From Selaginella moellendorffii (lineage: Eukaryota > Plantae > Lycopodiophyta), in the NCBI RefSeq assembly GCF_000143415.4, contig NW_003314264.1, positions 3,771,229-3,835,228 on the forward strand: 64,000 nucleotides of DNA, in the 5' to 3' direction. The translations under genes and the position numbers were made by a program. Each line of letters starts with the position of its first letter. Positions within the stretch are counted from its first letter, which is position 1. The notes under the pieces are model-generated. The model did not search any database. It had not been told where the DNA came from and was given only the letters and a program-made list of their open reading frames with translations. Shown here one piece after another: positions 38,120 through 49,659 of the stretch.

Positions 38120-39690
38120 TGTAGCACACCTTATCTCTCTCCCCTTAAACCAACTGGAAAAGGGGCAATTGCTTGATGAGAGCCCTTAGTGGCTATTTTA
38201 TCCCCATTTATCCCCTAAAGTTCCAAGGATCCACAGTGACAGTATATCCAAATCTCATCCCAAGATCACATGCACTACACTCACCCCCCCTTCAGAGATG
38301 TCAATGTCTTCATTAACTATTGACTAGCAACCCCTACTAAGCCAAGGGGAACCAGCATCTCCATTTCCGCACTCAATCTACCAATCCTTCTATTGTGTAA
38401 ACCAGCTATTCCATGTGAGGCAACTAGTCATCCACCTCCTTCCATTGTGTAGACCAGCTATTCCATGTGAGGCAACTAGTCATCCACCCGTACCGCAGTC
38501 CCACGGTGGATACCTTCGTCCGTGGATACTCCACACAAGAGGAAGAACATACGCATGGATGCCCCACACAAGAGGTGGTTCCCCTCCATTTCCGCACTCC
38601 ATTTCTGCACTCAATCTACCAATCCTTCTATTGTGTAAACCAGCTATTCCATGTGAGGCAACTAGTCATCCACCTCCTTCCATTGTGTAGACCAGCTATT
38701 CCATGTGAGGCAACTAGTCATCCACCCGTACCGCAGTCCCACGGTGGATACCTTCGTCCGTGGATACTCCACACAAGAGGAAGAACATACGCATGGATGC
38801 CCCACACAAGAGGTGGTTCCCCTCCATTTCCGCACTCAATCTACCAATCCTTCTATTGTGTACGCATGGATGCCCCACACAAGAGGTGGTTCCCCTCCAT
38901 TTCCGCACTCAATCTACCAATCTTTCTATTGTGTAGACCTCCATTTCCGCACTCAATCTACCAATCCTTCTATTGTGTAGACCTCCATTTCCGCACTCAA
39001 TCTACCAATCCTTCTATTGTGTAGACCAGCTATTCCATGTGAGGCAACTAGTCATCCACCTTCTTCCATTGTGTAGACCAGCTATTCCATGTGAGGCAAC
39101 TAATCATCCACCCGTACCGCAATCCCACCATTTCCGCACTCAATCTACCAATCCTTCTATTGTGTAGACCAGCTATTCCATGTGAGGCAACTAGTCATCC
39201 ACCTCCTTCCATTGTGTAGACGAGCTATTCCATGTGAGGCAACTAATCATCCACCCGTACTGCAGTCCCACGGTGGATACCTTCGTCCGTGGATACTCCA
39301 CACAAGAGGAAGAACATACGCATGGATGCCCCACACAAGAGGAAGAACATACGCATGGATGCCCAATACGTACGATTTCAAATTTAGGGGTAGGAATATA
39401 CCTTGCTCAAAGGTATACGTACGATTTCAAATTTAGGGGTAGGAATATACCTTGCTCAAAGGTATATTATATTTTTAAGTAGCCACTAATCAATAGAAAT
39501 CGAACCCGTGTCATTTCCTCTGATACCAACTGTAGTGCACTTTATCTCTCCCCTTAAACCAACTGGAAAAGGGGCAATTGCTTAATGAGAGAGCCCTTAG
39601 TGGCTATTTTATCCCCATTTATCCCCCAAGGTTCCAAGGATTCACAGTGACAGTATATCCAAATCTCATCCCATAATCACATACGCTACA
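38120..39690 (-). mobile_element. Non-autonomous LTR element (TRIM/LARD-like) with an internal higher-order tandem array
   Basis: ~160-bp LTRs TGTAG..CTACA at 38120-38279 and 39531-39690. TSD AAAAT on both sides. PBS TGGTATCAGAG (tRNA-iMet) at 39518-39528. PPT GGGGGGGTGAG at 38280-38290. No coding domains. Confidence 0.95.
38360..39465. repeat. Modular tandem repeat inside the TRIM
   Basis: Eight copies of 36-bp ACCAGCTATTCCATGTGAGGCAACTAGTCATCCACC interleaved with repeated ~41, ~16 and ~95-bp modules. Higher-order period ~238 bp. A 49-bp doublet at 39368-39465. Confidence 0.95.
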
Positions 39691-39830
39691 AAAATATAGT
39701 ATAATAAGAGCTTTACATTAACATTTATAGCTTTCACCATACTTGCAAAAGCATGAAGGGGTAACTACCCACAACTCACCCCATGATATAATTTACAATT
39801 TAGGATAATAAAAGGTTATGTGATTAGCTC

Positions 39831-40090
<260 letters not shown>

Positions 40091-40659
40091 AAACAATAAG
40101 AATTTTCATTTGGGATTTCAATTACTAATAAAGGAAATAAATAGTTAAAACAAGAACTATGCAAAATAGAACTCAAAAAGACTATATAAATATAATATTC
40201 TTCTAAGTTGTTGAAATATTTAAATTGTACTTTTGTAATTTTGTAGTCCACTTATGTGTACACTTTCTCTCTAACCTCTTGCCTTTGGCTCAAGTACTCA
40301 TTCACTCTATAGAGAACGCTTGTTGGCTTAACTGCCATTCTAGAATATTTCTACTTTTCACTCAACCCCAAGCGTTCTTCCAATAATTGAAACTTACAGT
40401 TAATGCTGGAAGATTAATCGGCACCACCTTGGCTAGAAACGACGTTCCAGCCCGATTGATATCCGAGCGGGGGCAGATAAGAAGGAAATTACTGTTCATC
40501 GAGATAGAGACGACGGGCATATTCCCCGGCGGCTGCATGGCCGCTGGCACGTGTCTGGCCAAGCTGGCTGGCGTCATTTGATTTTTTTTTCCTTTGCGTC
40601 TATGCCTGTATGGAAAACACAGACATAGAACAAACACTGTTTTGTATTTTCACTCTCCA

Positions 40660-42184
40660 ATGGCGCACGAAGCGAGCATCAAGGTCGAGATTCCCAGCCG
40701 CCTCGAGGAGCTCTGGGAGCTCTCGCCTCATCTCCCATCTCCACAGCGATTAAACGCCGCATTCGACAGCATCGCGGTCTCTTCCTTTCCCCCACTCGGA
40801 GAAGCCAAAGGTGAGCTCCTCTTTCTCTTCTTGATCTTGTTTTAGCTCTTTTCTTCATCGCTGCGCAGTGATCGAAATAGCATCAGACGCGAGCATTGCG
40901 GAAGCTGTCCAGATTCTAGCGAGGAACAACGTTTTGAGCGCACCTGTGAGAGATGTCGAGGCCCCCGACGACGCGAGCTGGATCGATCGGTACATAGGAA
41001 TCGTCGAGTTTGCTGGCATCATCTTGTGGCTCCTCCAACAGGTTGGCCTCTGTTCTTTTCGTTTTCCTATGGTTGTGATTTGAAGCTGTGAGTGTTCCAG
41101 TCCGGAGTGTCGTCTCCCAAGGCTAGTGCAAAGCTTGAAAATTTGCAAGCAGCGGCACTCGCATCTTCGGGGAGCTTTGGACGTACAGCTGTTCCAGAGC
41201 CGTATCCACCGGAAGTTTTAGAAAGCGATTTCTTTGAAGAACTTACTTCCTCCTCCTGCTACAATCAAAGCAAGGTCAGTCCAGCAAAACAAAGATCAAA
41301 GAAAAAGACTTACACGAGAGGTTTCAGGTGAAAGACATCGTTGGATCGTTTAGATGGGCTCCATTCCTCCCGGTGCAAAAATCCGACACTCTTCTCACAG
41401 TGCTACTGCTGCTGTCGAATTATCACATGAAAAGCCTCCCGGTTGTGGAATCTGGACGAGCAGAGATACAAGGTCTCATCACGCAATCAGCAGTAGTTCA
41501 TGTTCTCTCGCAGTGCATTGGCATACCTTGGTTCGACAGCCTCGGTAAGCTGTCGTTAGCTCAGCTTGGCCTCCCATCGACAACATCAGCCAAAATGTTG
41601 AAGGCATGCCAACCATCTCCTTCCTTTATCTCATTCGTCGTTGTACCAATATCTTTCATAAACTTTCCAGATCGTGGAAGACGAGCCAGTTCTTCGAGCG
41701 TTTCGAGTGATGCGGTACCACAACGTTGGCGGCTTGCCTGTCATCACAAAGTCTGACAACAAACCAATCGGTAACATCAGTATCAGAGACGTCCGGTTTC
41801 TACTTACAGCCCCACAAGTTTACAAATCTCACCGGTATAGTCTCATTGTAGTTCTCCAGTGCCAAACTTAGCTTTCCTCTCTGCAGAACAATAACAGCGA
41901 AGGATTTCCTCCAAGTTACAAAGTCGATCTTGCAAAAAGACCAGCCTTCCTCACCGATCCTCCACCCTGTCATCGTTTGCACGTCGAGTGAGAGGCTCCA
42001 GGACGTGATCTCCAAGCTGGACAGGGCCCGAATCCACCGCATCTACGTCGTGGACAAGCACGGCCACCTCGAAGGCGTGGTGACCTTGAGAGACATCATC
42101 TCCAAGTTCGTGGACGAGCCTCCGGGTTACTTTGGAGATTTCTTCGCCGGCGTAGTTCCTGCCACAAGAACTTGCAAAGTGTGA
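40660..42184 (+). CDS. CBS-domain protein, SnRK1 regulatory gamma subunit-like (KING1-like), multi-exon
   Basis: LARNNVLSAPV, YIGIVEFAGI, GSFRWAPFLPV, LLLLSNYHMKSLPVV, EDEPVLRAF, GNISIRDV, IHRIYVVD...GVVTLRDIISKFVDEPPGYFGDFF. Confidence 0.9.
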
Positions 42185-42364
42185 ATTCTTCCTGTCAGTT
42201 ACAGAATGGTAAGAACATACCAGTGAAACAAACGTGGATCTCCCAAGTTCGTGGAGCAGCGTCCGGACGCTTTATTGTGTAGTTCCTGCCACAAGGAACT
42301 CAAACATGCTGTAAATCTGTAAGAACAAACCCAGTGAAAGACTTGGATGAGTAGAGGATTTGGT

Positions 42365-43117
42365 TTATTGCGCTGCTGCCTCTTTCAAGCAAGATCTCAT
42401 AACATCGCCAATCTTGGCACAGGCATCCAAGCAGAGGTCCAATGATTCCGAGGCCCTGGAGCTGGACCATTCCCCGGTCATGGTAACTTGCGTGATCTCT
42501 TTTCTGGAGGGCATATAAGCCACCATGAGACTACCATCCTCGCAATTCTCTTCGCTCGTCGAGGGATCCAACAGGACCTGGCCTTGGATACTACTGACCG
42601 ACACCGCTGCTACTAGATCATACAAGACGATCCCCGCGTCGGCTAGAGCGAGCGATGCGCAAGTGACGATCACCGGAAGATCGCCACCCCCGGATTGAAG
42701 AACAAGCGCGAAGACGTCGACGGTGGTCTTGGGGAACGTTCGAAGATCCACAGCGCCCACCACAGACTTGTAGAGCATCGATGAGAGATCCCTCTCCTCG
42801 GCATTGGCAGCGCCCATCTTCCCTCTCACAGGCGTCGCGAAGGAGCAGTACTTGACGTTGCAATTGAGCCGCCCAGCGTCGCTGAATGCCTCGGCCTTCT
42901 TGCTCTCGCGAGGCCCAAACACGGACACGATCACCTTGGTGTCGCCCGACTCCGCGTAGGCCGATCCCGCCGCCGCCCGGACGGCGCCGGTGCGCAAGAA
43001 TGCCGCGCGGCACATCTGTGCGTGGCGCCCGTCGATCCTCTCTCCATCGCTGGAAAATACGGGGGCGCGATGGGGCTCTTCCTCCAGCGCCTGCGTCGAT
43101 CGCTGCTGCCGCGCCAT
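42365..43117 (-). CDS. RRP41L: Exosome RNase PH-like subunit RRP41-like/MTR3, intronless
   Basis: RIDGR, GSAYAESGDTKVIVSVFGPRESKK, FPKTTVDVFALVLQSGGGDL, ASLALADAGI. Confidence 0.88.
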   Translation of the reverse strand: MARQQRSTQALEEEPHRAPVFSSDGERIDGRHAQMCRAAFLRTGAVRAAAGSAYAESGDTKVIVSVFGPRESKKAEAFSDAGRLNCNVKYCSFATPVRGKMGAANAEERDLSSMLYKSVVGAVDLRTFPKTTVDVFALVLQSGGGDLPVIVTCASLALADAGIVLYDLVAAVSVSSIQGQVLLDPSTSEENCEDGSLMVAYMPSRKEITQVTMTGEWSSSRASESLDLCLDACAKIGDVMRSCLKEAAAQ

Positions 43118-43325
43118 CGCTCTCGGTGCTTAAACCCAAGGCCCCCAAGAACCCTAAAAATGCCAATGCGAGAGTTTAGGGTTCTTGCGATGAAGACGAC
43201 GAAAGCGGGGAATGTAGCTCTTTTGTTTCCTTGTGTAGCCGCCGGCCAAGCATGGAATTTAGGATTTATACTGGAGTACCTCGCGGATTCGATGCACTCG
43301 TGTTGGGATCCCCAGATCCAGCTCC

Positions 43326-44960
43326 ATGGCTTCGCCAAGTTCTGGCTTGACGGTTGCCGTGGGGATCTCCGTCCTGGCTTTCAGCTTCGTCTCGGCGATC
43401 ATCGTGGTCGCGATTTATTGTCTCAAGAGGAGGTTCTCGCATAGATCAGAGCCGATCGGATTTATTTCGCTGGAACAAGGTAGGCACTCTTTTCCCTTTC
43501 TTTCTCCATCTAAGTAGTGGAATGTTTTTCACCAGTTGCTTGGAAGAAGGAAGCTAACAGCATTGATGTTCCAACGCAAGCACGCCCCTTCCAGCTCCTG
43601 GAAATCAAAGTTGCTACCGAGAGCTTTAGCAGGAAGCTTGGAGAAGGAGGATTTGGGCCAGTTTATCACGGGATTCTCCCTGACAGCCATGAAATCGCAG
43701 TGAAAGTCCAGTCCTATGATTCCAAGCAAGGAGCGAACGAGTTCTTCAACGAGGTAAGCCCTTTGAAGCACTGTTCTTTCTTTTGCTCTTGTTACAGTGG
43801 TATCACTCCAGGTCCAACTCCTGTCAAGAGCTCACCATCGTCACGTCGTCTCGCTGGTCGGCTACTGCCACGAAGCGAATTCTCGGATGCTAGTTTACGA
43901 GTATCTCTCTGGAGGAACGCTCGAAAGAAACCTTCACGGTAAGATAGTTTACTCGTCATGAATCGACTGCCATTGTTCTGGAACTCCAGATATCAGCTCG
44001 AAGACACTCTTCTCTTGGAAAACCAGGCTAAAAATCGCGCTTGATGCTGCCAAAGGTACGTTTTCGTGCTGTCGATGTTTTCGAGGAGCTCATTCACTCT
44101 TGCAGGGATCGAGTACCTGCACTGCGGCTGCAATCCTCCAATCATCCACCGAGACTTGAAGAGCGGCAACATCCTCTTGACGAGCGCAATGCAAGCCAAG
44201 GTTGCGGACTTTGGCCTCTCAAAGCTGGTGGAGGGAAGTCGCATCTTTACAGCAGTCAAGGGTACGTCAGGCTATGTCGATCCTGAGTATGTTCTTCATC
44301 TCTTCCCATGATCTATCTTTCTCTTTGCAATACTGATCATTTAATCGTGTTTTGGATGACACAGGTACTATGAAACTCAAGAGTTAACACAGAAGAGCGA
44401 TGTTTACAGCTTTGGGGTGGTGCTGCTGGAGATCATCTCCGGAAGAGAAGCTTTGATCGACACCCCCAAGCCTCGCAAACAGCTCAAACTCAGCGATTGG
44501 GTAACTAAGAATTTGTTCTTTCCTTCTTCCACTTTTTCCATCGCTATAGCCGAGTCGCACTTTCTTCCAGGCCAGGGGCTTCTTGCTGGAGCGGCGAATC
44601 CACAAGATCATAGACCCCATCTTCGACGCTGTCTATAACATCGAATCCATCTGGAAAACCGCGGAGCTCGCCATGTTTTGCGTGGAGCCTCGAGCTGTCC
44701 ACAGGCCTGCAATGCCGGAAGTTGTCCAAGAGCTAAAGCAAGCGCTGGACATCGAGGAAGGAAGGATCACTGTAGCAACGATCGAGGCCGCGACGCCCTT
44801 GGCTCCCGTCCAGGCCGCAAAACACCACCACGCGCGTTCCGAGCCGGTTTACTACCATCAAAACACTCGAAACTTCAGCTTTGGAACTTCCGAAGACGAA
44901 TCTTACAGCTTCTCGAATTTGCGAGAGGTGAAAACAACTGAAGGAGAAACAACAACTTAG
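43326..44960 (+). CDS. Receptor-like Ser/Thr kinase with N-terminal TM anchor and no ectodomain, multi-exon
   Basis: TM at residues ~7-33 followed by [34 protein letters not shown] and [13 protein letters not shown] are all intact. Confidence 0.9.
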
Positions 44961-45050
44961 CTCGTAACAGTCGCTGGAAGAGCGAAGACCCAAGACCCAG
45001 GACTGAGAGAATGAACTTAACTAGGACGAAGCAGCGTGAAAGGTCCGACG

Positions 45051-45251
45051 AAAGAAGATCAACATGTCACATAGTAAACGTAGCTCTCGACTGAACGATG
45101 AGATCAAAGGAAGGAAAAAAAAACCAGAGAACTTAGCTGCAAGTTCGAACGGAAGAAGATCAATAGCAAAAGTAGTGAACTTAGCTCTGGACTGAAAGAT
45201 CCGATCAAAGGAAGCAAAGAAAAAAAATAAACCAGAGCACTTAGCTGCAAG
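45051..45251. repeat. Diverged ~95-bp tandem duplication covering the gag-like ORF stop codon and 3' flank
   Basis: aagaagatcaa...tagctct.gactgaa.gat..gatcaaaggaag...aaccagag.acttagctgcaag occurs at ~45052-45143 and ~45153-45251. Confidence 0.75.
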
Positions 45252-46395
45252 AGGAGAATGGCAGTGGCGTGCTACACCATGGACACACCGTGGAAGGATC
45301 GGTCTCGAAGAAACTGGCCAGGCGCATGGTTGTCTGGAGGGAGATCTTATTGGAGGAGATCATGTGAGTCAGCACGTGACTCAGCTTCTTGTTCCAGAGG
45401 CCCTCCACGTAGGCGAGAACCACGTCCCACGTCGGCAGCCCCACGGCGATGGCGTCCAGGTAGACATCGAGGAATAGCTGATCGTAGTCGCGCAGTGGCA
45501 TGCCATAGTCCTGCTTCATCCCTTCCAGCCGCCGCAAGAGTAGCGATCGATCGCCGCGGCAGCTCCTCCAGTCGTCGTTGGGCATGAAGAATCTGACGAG
45601 CTCGGTCTTGAGCTCCTTCCAGCTCCGGATCCCTGGCGCCCCGGCGCGGCGCTCCGGCGTGAGATTGGGGGAATTCTTGGATCGCGGCGCCCCGCCATTG
45701 CGATCTTGGTGGGCGATCTTGGATGCTGGATCGTTCTTGTTGCATGGCGATGACGAGCCGGAGCCGACAATGCGCCACCACTTGTGCGCGGCGCCCGAGA
45801 GATGGAAGACCGCGCAGTCGATCTTTTCCTGCTCGCTCATCGATGGGCCGCAAATCTGGAAGAAACCGTCCATCTTGCTCACCCATTCCTCGATCGCGTC
45901 CGCGTCCCACTGCCCCTCGTAGACGGGGAGATCCACGCCCTTCCACCTGAAAACCTCTAGCCGCTGGTGATCGAGATCGGGATCCCAGGACGAACTGGAG
46001 AGGGAATCCGGCGATGCCGATCCTGGTGCCGGTGACAAGAATCCGCCCCAGCCATTCTCGTCCTCGTCGTCCGCGAATGGAAATTCCGGGATCACCAGAG
46101 GCGAGGATCGGGGGGAGGATCTGGGCGAGCTTTGGGGCTGGATCCTCCGCGGCGAAGGCGACGGCGACGGCTGCCGCGGCCGCTGCTCGATCGCGGGATT
46201 CTCCTCGTCGGAGCGCACGAAGAGAGGATTGGCGTGTTCTTGGGGCTGCTGCTGCTGCTGCTGCCGGGGCGGGATTGGAACGATCTTGACGGCGTAGTGG
46301 TGGCGAACGTCACTGATGCGCGAGCAGCAGCCGCCAAGATTCAATCCCAGGCCCATCCTGGCGTTGCGCCTCGAATCCACGAACGAAGGCGCCAT
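45241..46395 (-). CDS. Stand-alone retrotransposon gag (capsid)-domain protein, candidate domesticated gene
   Basis: Uninterrupted 384-aa ORF from a CCGCCATGGC start. Capsid-like motifs LPVYEG..DADAIEEWVSKMDGFF, EKIDCAVFHLSGAAHKWW, SWKELKTELVRFF, LEGMKQ...LRDYDQLF, YVEGL. No LTR, PBS or pol nearby. Confidence 0.8.
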   Translation of the reverse strand: MAPSFVDSRRNARMGLGLNLGGCCSRISDVRHHYAVKIVPIPPRQQQQQQPQEHANPLFVRSDEENPAIEQRPRQPSPSPSPRRIQPQSSPRSSPRSSPLVIPEFPFADDEDENGWGGFLSPAPGSASPDSLSSSSWDPDLDHQRLEVFRWKGVDLPVYEGQWDADAIEEWVSKMDGFFQICGPSMSEQEKIDCAVFHLSGAAHKWWRIVGSGSSSPCNKNDPASKIAHQDRNGGAPRSKNSPNLTPERRAGAPGIRSWKELKTELVRFFMPNDDWRSCRGDRSLLLRRLEGMKQDYGMPLRDYDQLFLDVYLDAIAVGLPTWDVVLAYVEGLWNKKLSHVLTHMISSNKISLQTTMRLASFFETDPSTVCPWCSTPLPFSSCS

Positions 46396-47039
46396 GGCGG
46401 GCCTGTAAAAGCCAGATTCTTTGCGCTCGCCGCTATTCATTGGCAAGAACACGAAGAACAAGGGCTCGCGCGGGGGAAAAGAAAACTCTGGGAAGAACAC
46501 TAGCCCTAAGGAAATTTGACTAGTCCCGAACGTTGACGTTGACTAACATACAGGAGCCTTGCATGGTCGATATGCTGCACGACTTGATCCACATGCAAAG
46601 AAGAAGACCGAAGTGCACCGAGTATAGAGCGTGGAATGAGCAAGATTCTCAAACAATTCACAACACACTTGCATTTTGCATCCATCAGTCTCATGCTTCA
46701 AAAAGGGGCACCACCAGATTATCCAAACAGAGATAGAAAGATAGTGAACGCCAGGTTTCACTGCTGCATAGTTTCAGGTCCTTGTTTGCTCTATGAAAGC
46801 CACCATTTAGCAGACAAATGTGTCTTCTCCTCAAGCACTCTTTGTCCAGCTTGCCAGAGCCTTAGAGAACAACGCAACGAAAACTCATGAAGAACAAGAC
46901 AAGCAAAAGAAAACTAGGCATATCCTCCATGCTGTTCCAACAACACCGACTGAACTGTGTTTTCCCCTAATTATTTCAGTTTCACCACATATGGTCTTTA
47001 CATTATTTGTGGTAGATATCTCTACAGTGAAGATATGAT

Positions 47040-47420
47040 TATCGAGGTGCCATCATTGTTCTTTCTGGATGAAGCATTGATCAGTTGGACCAGCAAGCAG
47101 CAAACTTCTATAGCTCTCTCATCAACAAAAGTTGAGTACACTAAAGCCACCTTGGCCAGTGTGGTTACAAGAAACAAATCAAAAGTCAAGCTCCACCTCT
47201 AGTGAAGAGTGACAAGCCATCTAACTATGGAATCTGAGGTATCACTCAGATAAAACACTTTGATATCAAGGTACATTCATTCAAGAGCAGGTACGCAAGA
47301 AGATTCCCTGGAGCATATCTCTACTAAGTGCAACCAAAACATTGACTCATTCAAGTTACATAGAGTTCATTTCTATTGCAAAAAATATAAATTCCTAATG
47401 ACCTTCCACTCAGGGAGGAT
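47040..47420 (+). mobile_element. Decayed Ty1/copia RNase H C-terminal fragment
   Basis: LISWTSKQQTSIALSSTKVEY, then a frameshifted IKHFDIK..FIQEQV and a purine tract near 47412. Confidence 0.75.
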
Positions 47421-47972
47421 TCATGATTTGCATCTGATCTGTATATATTGTAACTCTATTGTAACTAAAATTGTGATGAGCTTAATATATCTGCAGTCAT
47501 TTCCTAGGTGGAGATATATACTCCATTCAAATCTTGTATTCAACCTGCTCTTGAATGAAATGTACCTGATATTCAAAGTGCTTTGTCCTTAAGTGATACC
47601 TGGGGTTCCTCTACAGCTTGATGGCACTTCGATTGTCACAAAATATCTTTACTGAATATGAATTTGAATTTACTTCTTGCAGCCACAATGTTTAGGGCAG
47701 AAATTGGAAAATAGAAATATTGAAAATTATAGAGGGCGTTAAAAACTGAAAATTTGGGAAAAGGTAGGTTAAAAAAGCAATAAAGTCTCTATCCAAAAGA
47801 ATATATTGATTGAATCTTTTATATTAAAACTGGTAAAATAATAATTGGACTGAAAAATAAAACCTGTTTTACGGGAAAAAGGGTGAAAACTGCCAGTTGG
47901 CTATAGTGGACTCAATTTCAAACTTTTCGCTTTTTGAGTCTGTAACCTTATGAGCTGCATTTTTAGAACAGC

Positions 47973-48429
47973 AGCTGCATAGATGACGCCACAAGTCTGT
48001 TCTATGCAGATAGCCATGATCACCGCTTGTGCCGACCACCCGTTTGCATGACACGGCAAGGTTGAACTTCACGAGCCTCCCAGAGCAGGACATGTTCTCT
48101 TGGGATGCCCTCCTAGCCCCACTGCATTTGGACGTGGTGTCAACACTAATATCGGGTGGTACCCAATATCAGTGTCAGTATCGGTGGTTTCCTCCACCAG
48201 GCCAAGAGACTCTCTGACAGAGTGCTGGATCGAAGTGTGATGCTGTGGACATCGGCCTCCAGGTCTGCATTCCTGGGCTGGTGTCTGTGGCTCCCAAGGC
48301 TGAAAAGCTAGTGTTGTGTGAGATGGCCCTGCCTGCCCCAAGAAGCATCACCCCTCCTGGCTCCAGTTTTTTCCCCATTCTACAACCAAGAAGCCAGTGT
48401 TTGTGACTAATGTTGGTTGGGCAATGAAC
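47973..48429 (+). repeat. Copy 1 of a ~430-bp direct repeat (copy 2 at 53530-53942) containing a PPR remnant
   Basis: Shared blocks: gatagccatgatcac, gagcaggacatgttctcttgggatgccctcctagccccactgca, ggtggtttcctccaccaggccaagagactctctgacagagtgctggat. Confidence 0.9.
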
Positions 48430-49659
48430 AAGATCAAAACACTGGCAAGCTGAGATAAGAGGGGTACTCATCTTCGTCTTGAATCTGCAGGGCCTTCTCT
48501 ACTTCCGGCTTTTCCAAACACGTCACCGTGCTCTACCGTGGAGGTTGATGGGCTCGAGTTGGAACAAGCCATCAATCTTCTCCATGGCCAAGATCTGCCA
48601 CAATGGGAACGTGACATCGACATGCATTCTGGAGGGGTTATTCAAACACGATGGAGCCCTAAACATTTTGGTTTTAATGGAGGAGACTATGGCGAGAGCG
48701 CCAGTGATCTCCGCCAGAGCCTCCAGCGGCTCAATGAGTGCCTCTTTCCGGTCAAGTACAAGGACACTTACTACCGGGATGCCGTGCTCGCGGGGAGCTA
48801 CACGAAGCTAGGTCAATGGAGGTTGATGGACTCGAGTGAGGGATCTGGATAAATCCACACCAAGCCAAAGAGCTATGGAAAACATTGGCAAGGCTGGATT
48901 ACTAGATTAAGAACACTCCAACTGGATGTTTTTGCATAAATCTTGTTTTCGCAAGCCTGTGGTTTTTTTTTATGTATGAAGCTCAAACAGGGACTTGAGC
49001 AATCCAACCAGACTAAATGGATATTTCCTAAGTTTTGTACAGAAACAAAGAACAAAAAGTTATTTGAGCTAGAAAAAAAGAAAAACTGGGATCATCCAAC
49101 GAGCTCTGTCTTTAGCTGACAATTATGTGTTGGATTTGTCATCATTGGCATCCAAAACTTGAGTTCTTGGTTGCTCCAAGATGCTAAGTCTTGCAAGTCA
49201 GGATTTAGTCTCCTTGCAAAATCTTTGACTTCCCTAAATCTCTATTATGTATGCCACCTTGAACGAAACTAGCACTTGGAAATTGGATTGGAGATGAAGA
49301 ACCTTGTTTTTCGAGCTCTAGAGACGAGAACAAAGCTCTCAAGCAAAACAATGTGGAAGAAGAGAGTACACACGCACATACCTTCTTTGAGAAGCTGTCC
49401 AGGGACATGATTCTCTAGCCTAACTCTTCCTGAATCAGAGAACATTTGAGTGAAAGGAATACAAAGTTAAAAAAAACAAAGCTGGTTTAAGAATACAAAC
49501 CAAGCTACAAATGTTCCACTCCCGGGCAAGTATATCAATATGCAAAACTACATTGGAACCATAGTCTTCGCTCCCATGCCACCGCTATATGAATCGACAT
49601 CACAGCTTTGGGAGGGCTTTGGGAGGGCAATGGAGGCTATGGTCTCCATCCGGCGATGG

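Noticed and set aside
38170-38200. Hammerhead ribozyme in the TRIM LTR (retrozyme): TTGATGAG-AGCC-loop-GGCT
   Set aside because: The core needs CUGANGA and GAAA after stem II. Here it is UUGAUGA followed by AUUUU in this LTR, and the other two LTR copies also lack GAAA.
38401-39260. CRISPR array (36-bp repeat, eight copies)
   Set aside because: The intervening sequences are themselves repeated rather than unique spacers, there are no cas genes, and the array sits inside a eukaryotic LTR element.
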